DNA from: Ascidiella aspersa
Lineage: Eukaryota
Assembly (NCBI GenBank): GCA_963924565.1
Contig: OZ004612.1
Span: 25,110,001-25,174,000 of the forward strand
Direction: 5' to 3'
DNA length: 64,000 nt
A program made the translations under genes and the position numbers. Below, piece after piece: positions 47,296-60,532 of the stretch (the stretch's first letter is position 1; each line of letters opens with the position of its first letter). Under the pieces are notes generated by a model. That model was given only the letters and a program-made list of their open reading frames with translations, had not been told where the DNA came from and did not search any database.

Positions 47296-48286
47296 TTAGA
47301 TATTGGACTGTTTGGTCTCCTCGCCTTTACCGACCTCTTCCGGGCGCGGTTCGACCTTCGTGTTGAACGGAACCAGTCGGTCGAACTTGTCCGTGAACGA
47401 CATGTACAGCATTACCACGTTAAAAACAGCGTTGTAGCTGTAGACCAACGGCATAAAGGACATGGAAGCCCCTTTAGGCACGCCCACCAGTATGAACACC
47501 AAAAGCGACGTCGGTGGCCACGCAAATCCCGGAAGCGACGTCGGTGGCCACGCAAATCCCGGTGCAGATGCTCAGGCGAACGATTACATCTTGTATCGTG
47601 CTGCCGCTACTGCCACCACGGTTCTTGCGAAGGTGACTAGCGATGGGGTAAAGCACCAGGCAGAGCAGCATTAACTGTACCAGCACGAAGAGCATGTAAA
47701 ACAGCGGTATCGCAAACTTTACGAAGGTAAGTCCTGGCAGGTGTACGTAGACGCAGCCTACCGGCGTTGCGTTGATGCGCGCCAGGCACTGTAAAATCAT
47801 CTGTCCAAGCGGCAACCCCAAGACGCCGATTAAGGTCGAGTAGCTGATAACCAAGATGACGCGAGACACCGATCGGGCGGCGGTCGGGTTTGTGTAGAAA
47901 GTGTGCTGGCGTAACCATAGCACCAGATAGACGAAGGACTTGTTGAAAATAAGCAGAAAAAGGGTGGCGATTACGTAAAAACTGCATACAGCGTCGCTCA
48001 GGCCACTTCCGCAGACCTCGATGAGAAACAAGCAGGCCTGAAGAAGCAGCGTTGACGGAGCGATGGTGCAAAGACGGTTGGTCCACTTCAGAGATTCCTG
48101 GCCGTACTTCCACTGGTACCAGAACGCGGCCACCGTCAAGTAGAGACAGAGGATTAGCAAAGATACCAACAAGATGATCTCGGCTGGGCGAGTCACGTAG
48201 GGAACAAAGGTGACTGGCGTTGTAGAATTTAAAGGCGAGAGTCCGAGCCCTGTGCTCGCATTTAAACTGCTGGTGGAAGTTGTCAT
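47296..48286 (-). pseudogene. 7TM receptor copy 8, inverted, frameshifted in TM6
   Basis: ORFs 47474-48286 and 47296-47502 together rebuild a full paralog; a tandem repeat of aagcgacgtcggtggccacgcaaatcccgg (47503-47562) gives a net +28 bp frameshift relative to paralogs. Confidence 0.85.
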
Positions 48287-49392
48287 CGCTATATGTCCAG
48301 ATATGTCCAGTGCTGATTGAAATGTTCAGTCCTCTCGAAGTGAATTGCTGTTAAGTTAGGAGATGACGTCACATGGACAATCGGTTTTAAACTATTGTCT
48401 TTAACTTCACATAAAATGAGCAGCTGACTAATTCTAATCTTCTTGCTTGTAACTGATCGCATGAATAACTACTTGCTGCGTTGAGTAAGCGGTATCAGTC
48501 CGGTTTGTCATATAAAAGAGAACTTAAGAAGCCGGCATCCTTTTGACAGAAGAGCTTAACGCGAAACCACCGCACCCATAAAGTAACCAGCACCTGCTGT
48601 AATAGAAGAAAGCTGTGCGCGATTGAGGCTAAGAACAATTAAGCGTAAACGCATTAGCTGAAGACTGACAAGGGGGTCAGTTTCTGACAAGCACTTAATA
48701 CTAAACGCCTGTTTGTTGGACCTACTTAGTCCTCTGATTTGCATTAGTGAGGGAGTCAACGTTAATTGTTTGAGTGTGGGACTTTAAACTTTCACCTGGG
48801 GCTCGCGAGCCATATATATGGCTCTTTTAGTGACGCCATATTATGGATCTTTTAGTGAAGGAATATTTTTAGTGAAGAAAGTTTGCAGATAAATATAAGC
48901 TGTTATTCTAGCATGATTTGAATAAAACTACACGGTACCACATGACCTCATTTAAACTATATTTTTTATTAAGTTAAAACAAACATTCGATTTTTTTCCG
49001 CGCTTCGCGTGAATCATATTTGTCTTAATGTCTGTACATGGCTATTAGACAGTTTGACGATCTCTTATTATATCTTACGGCCCTGTCAGTGTGTCCGTAT
49101 TAAGTTTTTCAACCTTTGCCAATGCATTCTTTGCCAACGCGCATAATATGTAGAAATAAAATAAACGTCCTATTAAAATCATTATTTTTGCCGACCTAAA
49201 CTGCATGTTGAACAATATTATATGGCGCTCATGGAAATGAGTCCTATATACGATTTAATATTCTGTTTCAAACATGTGTATTGGTATGCTTGCGACAAAT
49301 ATGGTCAACTTTGTGCGCCGTTGATGTGTTCCGCTTCTATTCAACAAATTGATGGCCTGTTAAAACGACAATGATAACTTATTATTTTATAT

Positions 49393-49795
49393 CTAAAGCC
49401 ACGAATCTATCTTCCTCGTGACTGTATTATTTGATAAGGTAAAGGCAGCATCTTTGTCGTTATCTTCATTTCCAAGCACAAGTTCAACTGTTGTTAAAGC
49501 ACAAGGTTTTATCAAATCTTCACCAATTGTATGTGGCTTTTTATGCTTTAACTGTATTGTTTGTTTCATATGTTTCACTTGAATCTAGTCTCATCTTTTT
49601 CAAAGCACAAGCGTGACCCACAAAAAAAGAGTGAACATTTTGTAAATGCTGTTTTAACATTGTTGGTTTTGAAGAATTATTTGACAGAACTTTATAGCAT
49701 ATTACAGATTAAGGTCTCTCCCCTGCACTATTAATGATGCATGTGAATCCATATTCAATATATGATTTGCTGTATTTTCTCTTTTTAAAATTCAT
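49393..49795 (-). mobile_element. Degenerate hAT (Charlie/Buster, ZBED5/8-like) transposase N-terminal fragment
   Basis: YIEYGFTC...P*SVICYKVLSNNSSKPTMLKQHLQNVH (BED finger relic) and KKPHTIGEDLIKPC...LSNNTVTRKI, with stops and frameshifts. Confidence 0.82.
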
Positions 49796-51708
49796 GTGAA
49801 GTAAAACTTAGAGTAAAATTACTTTGAAACACAGGTAAGAAAATTTTTGCCTAAATGTTTTTGAAGACATAATTAAGGCTTCACACTGAACAATCGTTAG
49901 TTCTAGAAGCCCAAATGAAATTGCATTTTGATTGGCCAATTACCAGTGATCTAACTCGAAGTTTGAAACACAGTACACTGTTTTTTTTTAGTAATCTCAG
50001 TAAAAATATCAAAGCCATAATATTCGATAAAATCGACATTTCGCAATTTACAGACGTTTCAGCAATAACTCATGCTATCATCAGTGTCAACATTAAGTAA
50101 AGATATAAACGATAAAACATAAAAAAAAGGGAAAAAAATAGCAGCAAAAAAAGAAAAAGGCGATGTATGGGTCAGTGCGTACCTCTAGCTATAAAAATAT
50201 TTTCTGCATTGCTGCCGTAAACCGATTAAATTATACAACTTTTTTTGCTAGCTTATATATGGAAAATGAACCAGTAACACATAGCACAGACAACCAGTAA
50301 AACATTATGCTGTGACACCAATCCCCCCTCGTTACCATTTTGAGTCAGAATTTTAGGCAATTTTGAAAACAATAATATTTGCAGAAACTGAAAAAAAAAT
50401 AATAAATTCAACATTTCTAATATTTTGATGTTAAAATGTGTTTAGCAATTGAATAACTAACTACCTACAAGCAAGGGTTTAGCCGCAACTGTCGATTTAC
50501 TTATTTTTGTTTTATTTGACATCGGGTTTAGTGCTGTGTTTTACAATTATAACCTAATTTTAACTTTAAATAAGAGCGGAAACAAGAAATTATGCTCTAT
50601 TAATAAAATTTATAACTAAACTAAGCATTATCTAACACTAGTTTAAATTTCAACTCAACTTTTTTTAAATGCTCAGGAATATGATGTAAGTTAGACAAGT
50701 GATAAAACGTTTCTAACATCAAATTAAAATCAATCGTTAACTCTATAAAAAAAAACATTATTTCAGCAAGACATGCGCGTTGACAACAAACTATTGAATA
50801 ACTTCCCTGTGCAGGCACAATACGGCAAATTTGAAGTTGCAACGTTAGATTCTGATTCAATGTAGCCTATATTTGTGCCTCTTGAAAACATTGAAAACAA
50901 AAAGACAACGAAAAGATCTATTTATCATCGAGTCGAGCTGCCAATCAAAAATAGACAAGTTTGGCTGAAATGTTGACAATAACGATTAATTTAAAATAAA
51001 ATGCCTAAAAAAGACAATATGGAGATTTGAAACGTTCAAAATAAATGTTGAAAGAAAAAAACGACTAAGCAGTGGAGAATTCGCAGAACGACAGGATACA
51101 CATAAATATTACGTGCTGCAGAATTTTTTTGAAATAAAATGGCTTTCGCACGTGTCGCTGCCTTTACTGCTGGCAATTAATTAATAATAAACAAGAAACA
51201 GTATTCCACTTCTTGCAATCCTTGCGAACGTTTGGTTCGTTTCGAGTCATATAACACCTGTTTAAACCGTTAAGGCAATGTACACTGTAAACAGAAAATT
51301 GTAGAAATTTTTACACCCAACGTTTTACACCCCTTGTAATGCTAATACCACCATTAAGTACGTGAGTAGGTGGCAATATCAACCCGACTAACTCAGTAGA
51401 TTTTTCTACCCTAGAGATTGAACGAGTACAGTGGAATTAACCACCAACAATACGAGTATAGTTGTGTAAATTCAACCCAACGAGGTATGTTGAAACCACC
51501 GCCCCCAACGACTATCATGCATAAACACACTTGATGTAAGTAGGCTATCATACATAAAAGGTGGAACCATATGCACTAAATTTTCTATTTTGAACATAAA
51601 GTGGAAATTAACACTCTTAAGTGGAATTTTCCACCGCAAAAATGTAATTTTAACTTTTTTCCCACCGCAATAAATTTTCCACCTTTTTTCCCACAAAGTA
51701 TTTACCGT

Positions 51709-53873
51709 CTACAGTGTATTTACCGTCCCTAGTGCAATACATAGAGCAGAAGTCCAGCACTTTACCCAGTCGAGCGGCTTCGAACCAGTTGCCAACTTGT
51801 AAGCGCCAAACAAACCAAGCCCTGATAATATGGCACAGGTACAGTACATTTCCCTACGTGCTCTGGCCATGGTAGGGTCTTGTTTAAACATCTCGTCGGT
51901 AAATTCGCCTCCCTTGTTCTTATGGGGGAAAGGTTTGGAGGGAACTTCTTTGCCCAGAAAGTGGCACAGCGGGCCCCAACCATCTTTCACCGAGAAATGG
52001 AGAAACTTGTCTTTGGGCGCGTTCTAAGAAATGCAAAACAATCTTTTATTGACAAAATTTGGTTCTAACAAAATGAAATTCACCGGCAGAGGGCTTTTGG
52101 TGAAGTTTCATATTTTTAAACCGGTATCAAGTTCACTTCACTGTTGTGCAATTATTTGCATTACAAGCAGAGCTGCGGATTCGGTTAAAAATAACCCGAA
52201 ATAATTGAACCCGAGTCTCAAGTTTGAATCCGGCCAAAAGGCAGTTTTTCGACAAGCCCCGTGAACGTCTCTGACTCTGCAGGCTGCTGTTAACCAATAT
52301 AAGTTACTTAAATCAGGTAAATATTCAACAACCCGCTCTTAGGTGTGTCAAATAATTTATCCACTCACAATAATTGGTTGGAAATATCCACTATATGTTA
52401 TATTCCACATTTAAAAATTAGAGTTTGCGGCCTTATGAGTTTCGAAATTTGGTACTTGAGCATGCGCACATCGAAATCGGGACTTGGTGGCCTTACCTAG
52501 TCTTACTCGAGACCCGTGTTCTACTCAATTACTCGAGTTCGTCGAGTTGTGCGTCCCGAGGTGGCAGCTCCGATTGTACGAATCCAAACTCTGGTTTTAT
52601 TTTTAAAAGTACCGCTTGCTTGACTTCTTACATTTCTTTGTATGATGTACCAACACAAGTTCGAAACCATCATTGAAAATTTAATTACTGTTTTCACAAG
52701 TATGCAGTATTTCTTTGATAAAAATACGTTGCACTAAAGAGCCTGAAGTGTTGAGTAGATTATATAGGTTTATCGATATATGGTTATTTTTATAAATAGT
52801 AGCAAAAGTAAAAATAAAACTAACAATGTGGTTTTGGGTTTACTTCTAATTTTTTCTTACCTGTAATACATTAGCGTTGTGACTCCTGTACGCCAATTTG
52901 CTCACGAGCTCATTGAAGCGATTCTTTCCAAACAAGGCCGCCGTCGTTTCATCCCAGAAGAACGTACAAATCACTACAAACAAGTTTTTTTGACTTAAAA
53001 TAAAATGCATCAGTCCATCTACCTGAATGCTTCTGGTAAATATTATCGACCACTATCGGTGGAATATTAATTCCGATACATAACTTAAGATTTTGTAAAT
53101 AGCAAAGCAGTTTATATAATTTGAACAGGAGGTGTGTAGGTATTTTTTGCGAACAGCAATTAAGATAAGATTTATGCGCAATGCAATTTCAACAGCCAAC
53201 CTAATTTTCCTATGTAGCGACCTAATTTTTTCTATGTATATGCAACCTACTTAATTTTCCTATGTAGCGAAAATAGCGTCTTAGGGTTGGTGACAAATAA
53301 GAAAATATCCTAATTGCGATCGTCATTTCAGCTTCCATTTGTCTTTCCTGGCTCTTCCACCAGATTTCTTCGTTCTCTCTCGTCATCAGAATAATCTACA
53401 TTGCAATGTTGGATACAAGTCATTTTGGATTGACTTAAAGCACAGTCATCTAAAAACGCATAATATAAGACAAGTCGTTTTAAATAAACAACAAGTCAAG
53501 TCCCAAGCATCAACTCTATTAACTAAATATTAACAAAAACGCAACATATAGCAAGATAATATTTGTTTGTGCAAAAATTACCATAAATAACCCATTTTTT
53601 TTTCTTTAACGGCTGTTTTACCTTTGAATCGGGAAAGGCTTTGTGTATTTCCTGCCAAAACACGCACGCTGGTATATCCGTAACGGCGTCCACATTCAAG
53701 TACATTCGGCGGAAATCTTCTGTACTTCCACCACTCTTGAAAATCCTCTCCCACTGGGCGCCATGATTGTTGTAATGGTCCATGTAGTCGTACACGTTGT
53801 AGCCCAATTCCTGTAGAGCGGCCGCCATTGTCTTAGTCCCTGTTTTGCAAGTTCCGGCGCATATCACCTTCAT
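51709..53873 (-). CDS. Sulfotransferase-like P-loop protein (Sulfotransfer_4 family), 4 exons, 274 aa, C-terminal hydrophobic helix
   Basis: Exons 53873-53622, 53395-53251, 52973-52861, 52023-51709 (825 nt, GT-AG, phases consistent). Motifs MKVICAGTCKTGTKTM, DAVTDIP, FPDSKIILMTRE..W, HNANVLQ, KDGWGPLCHFLGKEVPSKPFPHKN. Confidence 0.85.
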
Positions 53874-56800
53874 TTTTCGTCAACCGGTTTCCTTGACCAA
53901 TGATTGAAAAACTTGCCGGTTTGTTGCACAGTAAGCAAATAAATACAATCGTCACCTTTCCTACAAAATATTATTGTTATACCTGACAATCACTTTTACT
54001 TGAGTACAATTAAGTCACCCTTTCCAATTTATTTGACTTCACTTGGTCTTTTGAACAAATCACTTGGGTTGAAATGAATTGTTTTTATCAAGCATTTTTT
54101 TTTTACAAAATTGGGTCATTTGTCTTAATTTTTACGCATAAGACATTTTACTTTTATTTTTATGACAAGGACTTGACTTGGAATTGGCTTGTTATTCTAC
54201 GTTTGTAGAAGAGCAAGACTGAGCGGTCAGGGCTGGAAACTATAAAATCACATAATATGTTGGGTTATAGTTTGATTTCGATGTGTATCAACATTAGTGC
54301 AAATGAAGTAAATAACTCAAGTTTTTTAATCATTCATTATTGATGCCATCAGGGGTGAATCCATGGGATAGGGGCGACATCAAGCCCCCCACCCTACGTT
54401 TTATTGGTATTGAGAAAATATATTTAGCCGAAATATGCCGAGCATATGGCGTGTTACGACATGCGAACTTCAAAACTTCATAACGTGAAATTTTTGTTAA
54501 ATTAAATTACACATGCTATAATTTCGAGCAAAATGCAAACCTTTTTTGTGTGCCTTTTGCAATAAAATTTGAGCCAATTTGACCAAATAAACGCATATTT
54601 TTGTAAGACTGTATAAGCTGGAATTTACGCGAGAGTTCGCTCGACAACAACAAATGTTAAGAAGATTATTTGATTTATGACGTCACGTCATGACGTATAA
54701 TTTTGTGACGTCTAAGCAATCATGTACTGTGTGGCGTAACTATTCTATGAACGTAGAGCAGTAGAAGAGAAGTTATATCTACTGCTGATTTTAAGGCTGA
54801 AGAAGGATGATTGTAACGAAGCATAAATTCGTCGAATACGTCACATTTGCTAGTGGTGGTCAGCGCTTACGGACATGACATCACCATCAAACATGTTTAG
54901 TAAACATTGACACCAGCCAACTACAATGCACGTTATGCTGGCATAAAAAGACATGTTCGGGACAACCTGACAATTTTTATGATGGCTACGCTTGTTGGTA
55001 GTTTAATATTAACTAAAGGCTTAAACTTTGATGCCTGAAGTCATGCCTAACTCCAACTTTTGTTCTGCTTGGAAGTCTCAGTAGCTACTTGCATCTCTGT
55101 CTTGTTTACTTTAGTGCGCGTTTTGACTTAACTGCAAACGTAGCAGTCTTTTTACCTTTGTCAATTATTAACAGATAATGACTATCTCGTAGTGCAAAAA
55201 ACGTTAATGACAACTTGAAATCATCTCCCCTGTATTAGGCTGCTGCCAATTTAATACGGTTTCGGCATAATTATCAGCAGTCGTTAAAAATAAGTTTTTA
55301 TCAATCTAAAACATTTCGTATGCTTAAACAAGCTTCACAAAGAAATAAGAACAAAATCAACGTAGGAATGAAACACAGTTCAGAATCAGACCAAAATAGG
55401 ACTATAATACCTATATGTAGTTGTAATACCGTATAAATCGAAATAAGTCCTAATTCTGTCGGAATAAGACGTAATTGACCAGAACTAGGCATTTATTTGA
55501 AACATTTTAGAAGCTCACTTGCAACGACTAAAAAAGAATTACTTTTTTCATTATGCAACTCTTATGCGCAATAAAACTATGTTGTTTCATTGTACAAGGT
55601 TCGGAGGAATTAGTTTTGATTGTTTTTGATGTATTAACTTTAAGCAAAGCATTGTTGTGGAATTGGATTCTCTAAAATATGTGGTTTGGTTACGTAATGA
55701 GATTAAGAGGCCAAAAATGCTTCTCTGATTAGTGGATAACATTTAAGTAACTCTTCTTTGAATTTCTCTAATCTACTTAACACGGCTTTTGTTCCAAGGT
55801 TCTCCACTTTTGCGTTTTAAGGCTTCTGGAAGCTTCGGAGCTGGATGAAAGTGAGTCCGTTATCACGATATTCTCATTCGACAAGGTGATTCGTGAAATA
55901 AAAACATCATATATGAGTTGCCTAACAAATGTTGGAACAACTAAACTTGTGATTTTTAAACCGAAAACGTCTCATATAAATGGTTACGCAATTCTTTCCG
56001 GGGATATTTTTCGCGGTCATATTCCTAGAAATAGTTTAAATAAATTTAATTCTAACCAAAAAAATAAGAGTTTGTCAAGCTATAGGTCGCGACTTCAAAT
56101 TGATTGACTGTTTTCTATTTAAATTGGTTGGGTCAAGTACTGCTGAAAATTTTAGAAAATTGCGGTAGTAATAAGACGACAATGCTTGTATTACATAAAT
56201 TCTTATTAAAATCTTGACTAGAGGCAATTCCTCATATTTTTTGACTGTTTTAACAACCTGAAAGCAAGTATTTACTCTGTAAGTCTATAGCAGGGGTGGG
56301 CAAATTGGGGCTCTCCGGTATGTTTTTTGTGGCTCTTCTAGTTGAATCGTAAAATTCCAAAAAGTTGTAAAGTTTAACCCGTTTATCAACATTTTTATCT
56401 TTTTAGTTTTTTTATTTAGGCCAGCATTTCGTTTATGACGTAACACTAGACATAGAGTCCGAAAAGTTAGTTAACAAAAGACGAAAATTGATAAATATTG
56501 TGCGTGTTTTTTGCTATAACCGTTTTGCTATAACTCTCAATAATGGTACTTACTAAAGACACCGGATACATCTAGTTAGTAATGTCTGCTTGTAAGTCGA
56601 AGATATCCGATACAAATGACGTCACTGCTATATGCTCCAACAAGTCAAATGGAATAAATTGAAAATTTCAAAGGTATATTTTAGGTTATTGGGGCTAAAT
56701 TCGCCTATGCTTTAAAACATATAACTTTTTTTTAACGTTTTATTCATTGACAAAGTCCCCTTGCTTACAATTGCTGCGTTGGATCAGGTTTCTGTATTTG

Positions 56801-57115
56801 TTTTGCATCACGCTTTAGCTTCGATTAACAACTCTGCATGAAACATAAATCAGTTGCACTTCACATATACGCATGTGACGGTAAGTGTAGTGTGTGCAAA
56901 TTCTAAAACTAAACGGAGTTTAATGTTGAATTTGCCAAAAATTACAGTCGATATCGAGTAAATCGCGTTCCCGGTCTTTGTTTCATGACCAACGCGACAT
57001 AATCCTTTCCTGGATCTGCAGTTTTGTTATGAAATCCGGTGAAGCTTTATCTTCATCTTATAAATCTTCAGGCACAAGTACATAACACAGCATTACTTCT
57101 TTTGGCACTGTAGTC

Positions 57116-57864
57116 CAGTTCTCCGCAACCGGCGTGCCGCGATGTTTCCGGAGGTGTTTACTTGCGTTTTTAATTGTTCTTTTCACAGTAAAATTAAACG
57201 AAAATGGTATATCAAGGCAGGCATTTTAACCTCATGCAATATTCAAGGTGTACTTTATAATTTTTCTTTAACATTTGAAAGTAAAACCTATGTTACGTCA
57301 ATCGCCGGAAGACTATTTTGGGAATAAAGCTACCCGCTCCCGCGATTTTTCCAACCTCCGTTTCGAATATCTACGGAAACTGAACAATACGGGCCGCCGT
57401 AGGACGAACTGAGTCATTATTTGGTCGCATGTATAGACGGCTGCGCTGTTAATTTAAACTCAAACAAACCTTGTTGGACGATGTTCGTTCGACTTTGATT
57501 AATTGGAAACGATGATGTTTCTTGTTCTTAGTTTACGAAAAAAAATACGAGTGTCATAGCTTAAACAGCTTAGTCACTCATTATGGCAACTTGCAGGACA
57601 TTTCAGGAAACCTTGTTGCAGAAATTTGACTTGCATTATTATAAATGTGTGTGTACTTCTATTATTCGATGAATTTTCTTTTTTTATTGTAAAAAAATGG
57701 CTACCTAATTTATTCAAATAATTTATTTTTAGCTGTTCTAAACTCGCAGAAGGGGATTAACCGAAAGATTGATTGAAAATTCTATTATTATTGTGGCGAA
57801 ACAAAAATCTTGGCTGAAGTTTTGCGTTTATGTGCGGCAAGTGGAAAAAGGTTGCGGAGCACTG
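57116..57864. mobile_element. hAT-type MITE
   Basis: Termini cagttctccgcaacc / ggttgcggagcactg; perfect TSD ctgtagtc. Confidence 0.85.
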
Positions 57865-58763
57865 CTGTAGTCGTAAGTCGTAGCAATGCGGATATTGTTA
57901 CCCAGGAAAATGTTCGATTGGAGACACATTGAAATCAATGAGCTGTAATAAGAAGCGCACTTAATATGAAACAACCAAAGCACTGTGGAGTCTGATTCGG
58001 GACTCTAGGGCTACAAGAGTCCAATGTGCGCAGTAATAACTTAAACCGATAAAGTCAAAAACTCTAAATTGTAAAGCTAGAATATTAAAATAAAAATCGT
58101 AGAATATTTTTCACACTTCTATGGTTATTTAGGACACTCCTGTGAGTAGATTGCTGTATATTCAGTTTATTTTAAGGCTGTAGAGTCATCCCACAGAATT
58201 GCAGAGTATGGACTGGGGGTTGCAGTCTAATTATATTGTTTGGTTAGCTCCTAATGCTTTAGATTGGCCTGGCCGCAGGGCGGGCAGGGAAATGTAGTGA
58301 CGTACCGTATCTAACTAATTAAATACTCGCCGGTACGTTACCTGACTAGTGTACTTCTTTACCATTGTTCGTTTCGCGGCTCTCACTCTCTCGCATGTGG
58401 CTTTTCGTGTTAACGCCCTCGGTAATCTGGTCCTAGCAGAAGCTAACATGCGATTACACAACAATAAGCCTGTTATATGCACGTTTAAGCCGGATTCGAA
58501 TCTATTTCGTTAATTCATTCTCTCTCGTTTTGGTGCTGGAATGAATTAAGTTCTCTCGTTTCTTAATCGGTCAAAAGGAGTGGTTTTCAATCCGTTCGCC
58601 GCTTAATCTGTTCGTTTCGCTGACGGCCGGCTTTAACGCAGTAAACATTAGGACACTTTTGGGGCATTATGACGTAACACGAACGGCTAGTCGTAAACAA
58701 AACAAGTTTAACGCATAAGGAAAGAATATTACATACACTCGTTAGATACTAATTTGTGACTGA

Positions 58764-58868
58764 GGCGCTGGTCTAGAATCCACAAAATCGAACTTTATGG
58801 CCCACCCTCACCAAATATTGTACATTGCTTTATGTCTCAAAGCTGTGGTAGGATTATAGGTCAGCGCC
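58764..58868. mobile_element. Internally deleted copy of the 45365 MITE family
   Basis: ggcgctggtctagaatcc ... gtggtaggattataggtcagcgcc. Confidence 0.7.
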
Positions 58869-60532
58869 CAACACAGTTTTCATTAGTCATGTTTGGTACG
58901 TCTTATCACCTTCTTTTGTCCACTCTGCCTTGTATATAGCGTTGACCAGCAAACATAAGCTTAACTTTCCTGTACTTATATTCTGTGTGCCAGGTAAACT
59001 GAATCACTATACAATCAAAAAACTCAAGTAATTCTTGTTTTTTTTCAATTTTAGGTTTATAAAAACGAACAAGCAGCAATAGATTGCTATCCGCAAGGAG
59101 TAGCCTAAGCCGAAAAATCGGTTGTGCGTCTGAGGTTTACTGGAATATTACGTAATAATGCACACCAGTGCAGTTTGTACACTCAAGCTGACTTGAATTT
59201 CGCGCCATGTAATTACGACGCTGAAACGGATTACTTTTCAATCCGGATTGAACCTTAATCTAATCTGCCCGCGAAAGGTGCATATAAACGGGCTTACTGC
59301 CTATTCTTGCTGCATAACCAAGTACGCAGCTTTATACGCACTCAGTATGAAAAAGATAATACAAATATGCCAAAAACAGCCGCTGCTTAACAAAGTCAAT
59401 TTATGTCTTCGGCAAGTTCACCCCTACCCTAGCCTCTGCTTTAGTAAGAATTCCAAACGGAAATATCAAGTAAATAAATAGAAAACGTAATACGGGGGGC
59501 ATTTGAAGGTTTGATTGATTTATTGATGTACTATTTTTTTTAAATAATAATTTTTTTTTAACAAAATAAATTCATTTTAAAAACAGCGCTTTGATGCCTC
59601 CCTGAATGTGTTTAGACCTATTTTCAGTTCCTTTTTGTTAATAATCTTTTTTTCATATTACTTGTTTTATGACGTCAACTCTAAAGGTTTCATGCCGACC
59701 CTGCCTGATGCAAAGTTAGTTTAGTTAAAAAACTTCAAGAACCACGGGGTTATACATTGGACTTTTATAAAACAAATGTTTTAAGAGTTGTACAGGTAAT
59801 ATTAAAAATATTAATCTAAGTTAATTAATGCCTTTTTTCAATTTTTTTAAAAAATTTTAAAACCACTTTTTATTGCCAACCTAGTATTAAAAAGTAAATA
59901 GTACATTTTTTTAACTAATTATAAAATCTATTAGTTTTTTTGCCAAAGTCTTTCAATAATTGCATTTGTAAAGGAACGACTCGTTTTTTTTCAAAACCAT
60001 TCCCGGTAAATAACATGCATCGATATGCGTTTAAAGACAGGAAGCTTTGATGGAAACGTGATTAGGAGTCCCTACTATGCTTGCGTTATGTCTCTGTGTT
60101 CAATACAAATGCGCACAGTGTTTACGTTTTTTCTCTCGTTACTACAATATTGATTTATTTTTCCCATTCCTAACACAGAGCATGCCAGCCATTAAATAAA
60201 AATGATTTTATTTTGTAAATCCTAATGATTTCATCTTATATTTTTCTATTGTCTTGTGTGAAAAGAATCAAATAGTTTCATACGTTATTTGGTTATTCTG
60301 TTAAAAATCACGCACATCAACACATTGAATATAAAGGCTACAAGTCAAACGACAGTATTTACAACAAGCTCACTGATAAACAGAAACAAAAAGCGATTGT
60401 GATTATAACAAAGTTAAATAAAGTTGGTCATTAAAGAAAAGTATGTGAATAGTAATTTGTTAAACTAAGGTATGCTTATATGGTTTCCCTTAATTCACAT
60501 GACCCATAATTAAATCTTTAACATTTCTCAAT

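Noticed and set aside
56291-57100. hAT left end (caggggtgggcaaa) with possible internal coding relic
   Set aside because: No matching right TIR/TSD or recognisable transposase motif could be identified by eye.
58270-58545. Possible LTR relic (purine tract then tgtagtga..., aataag, later tggtgc)
   Set aside because: No second LTR, no clear terminal CA or TSD, and no gag/pol motifs nearby.
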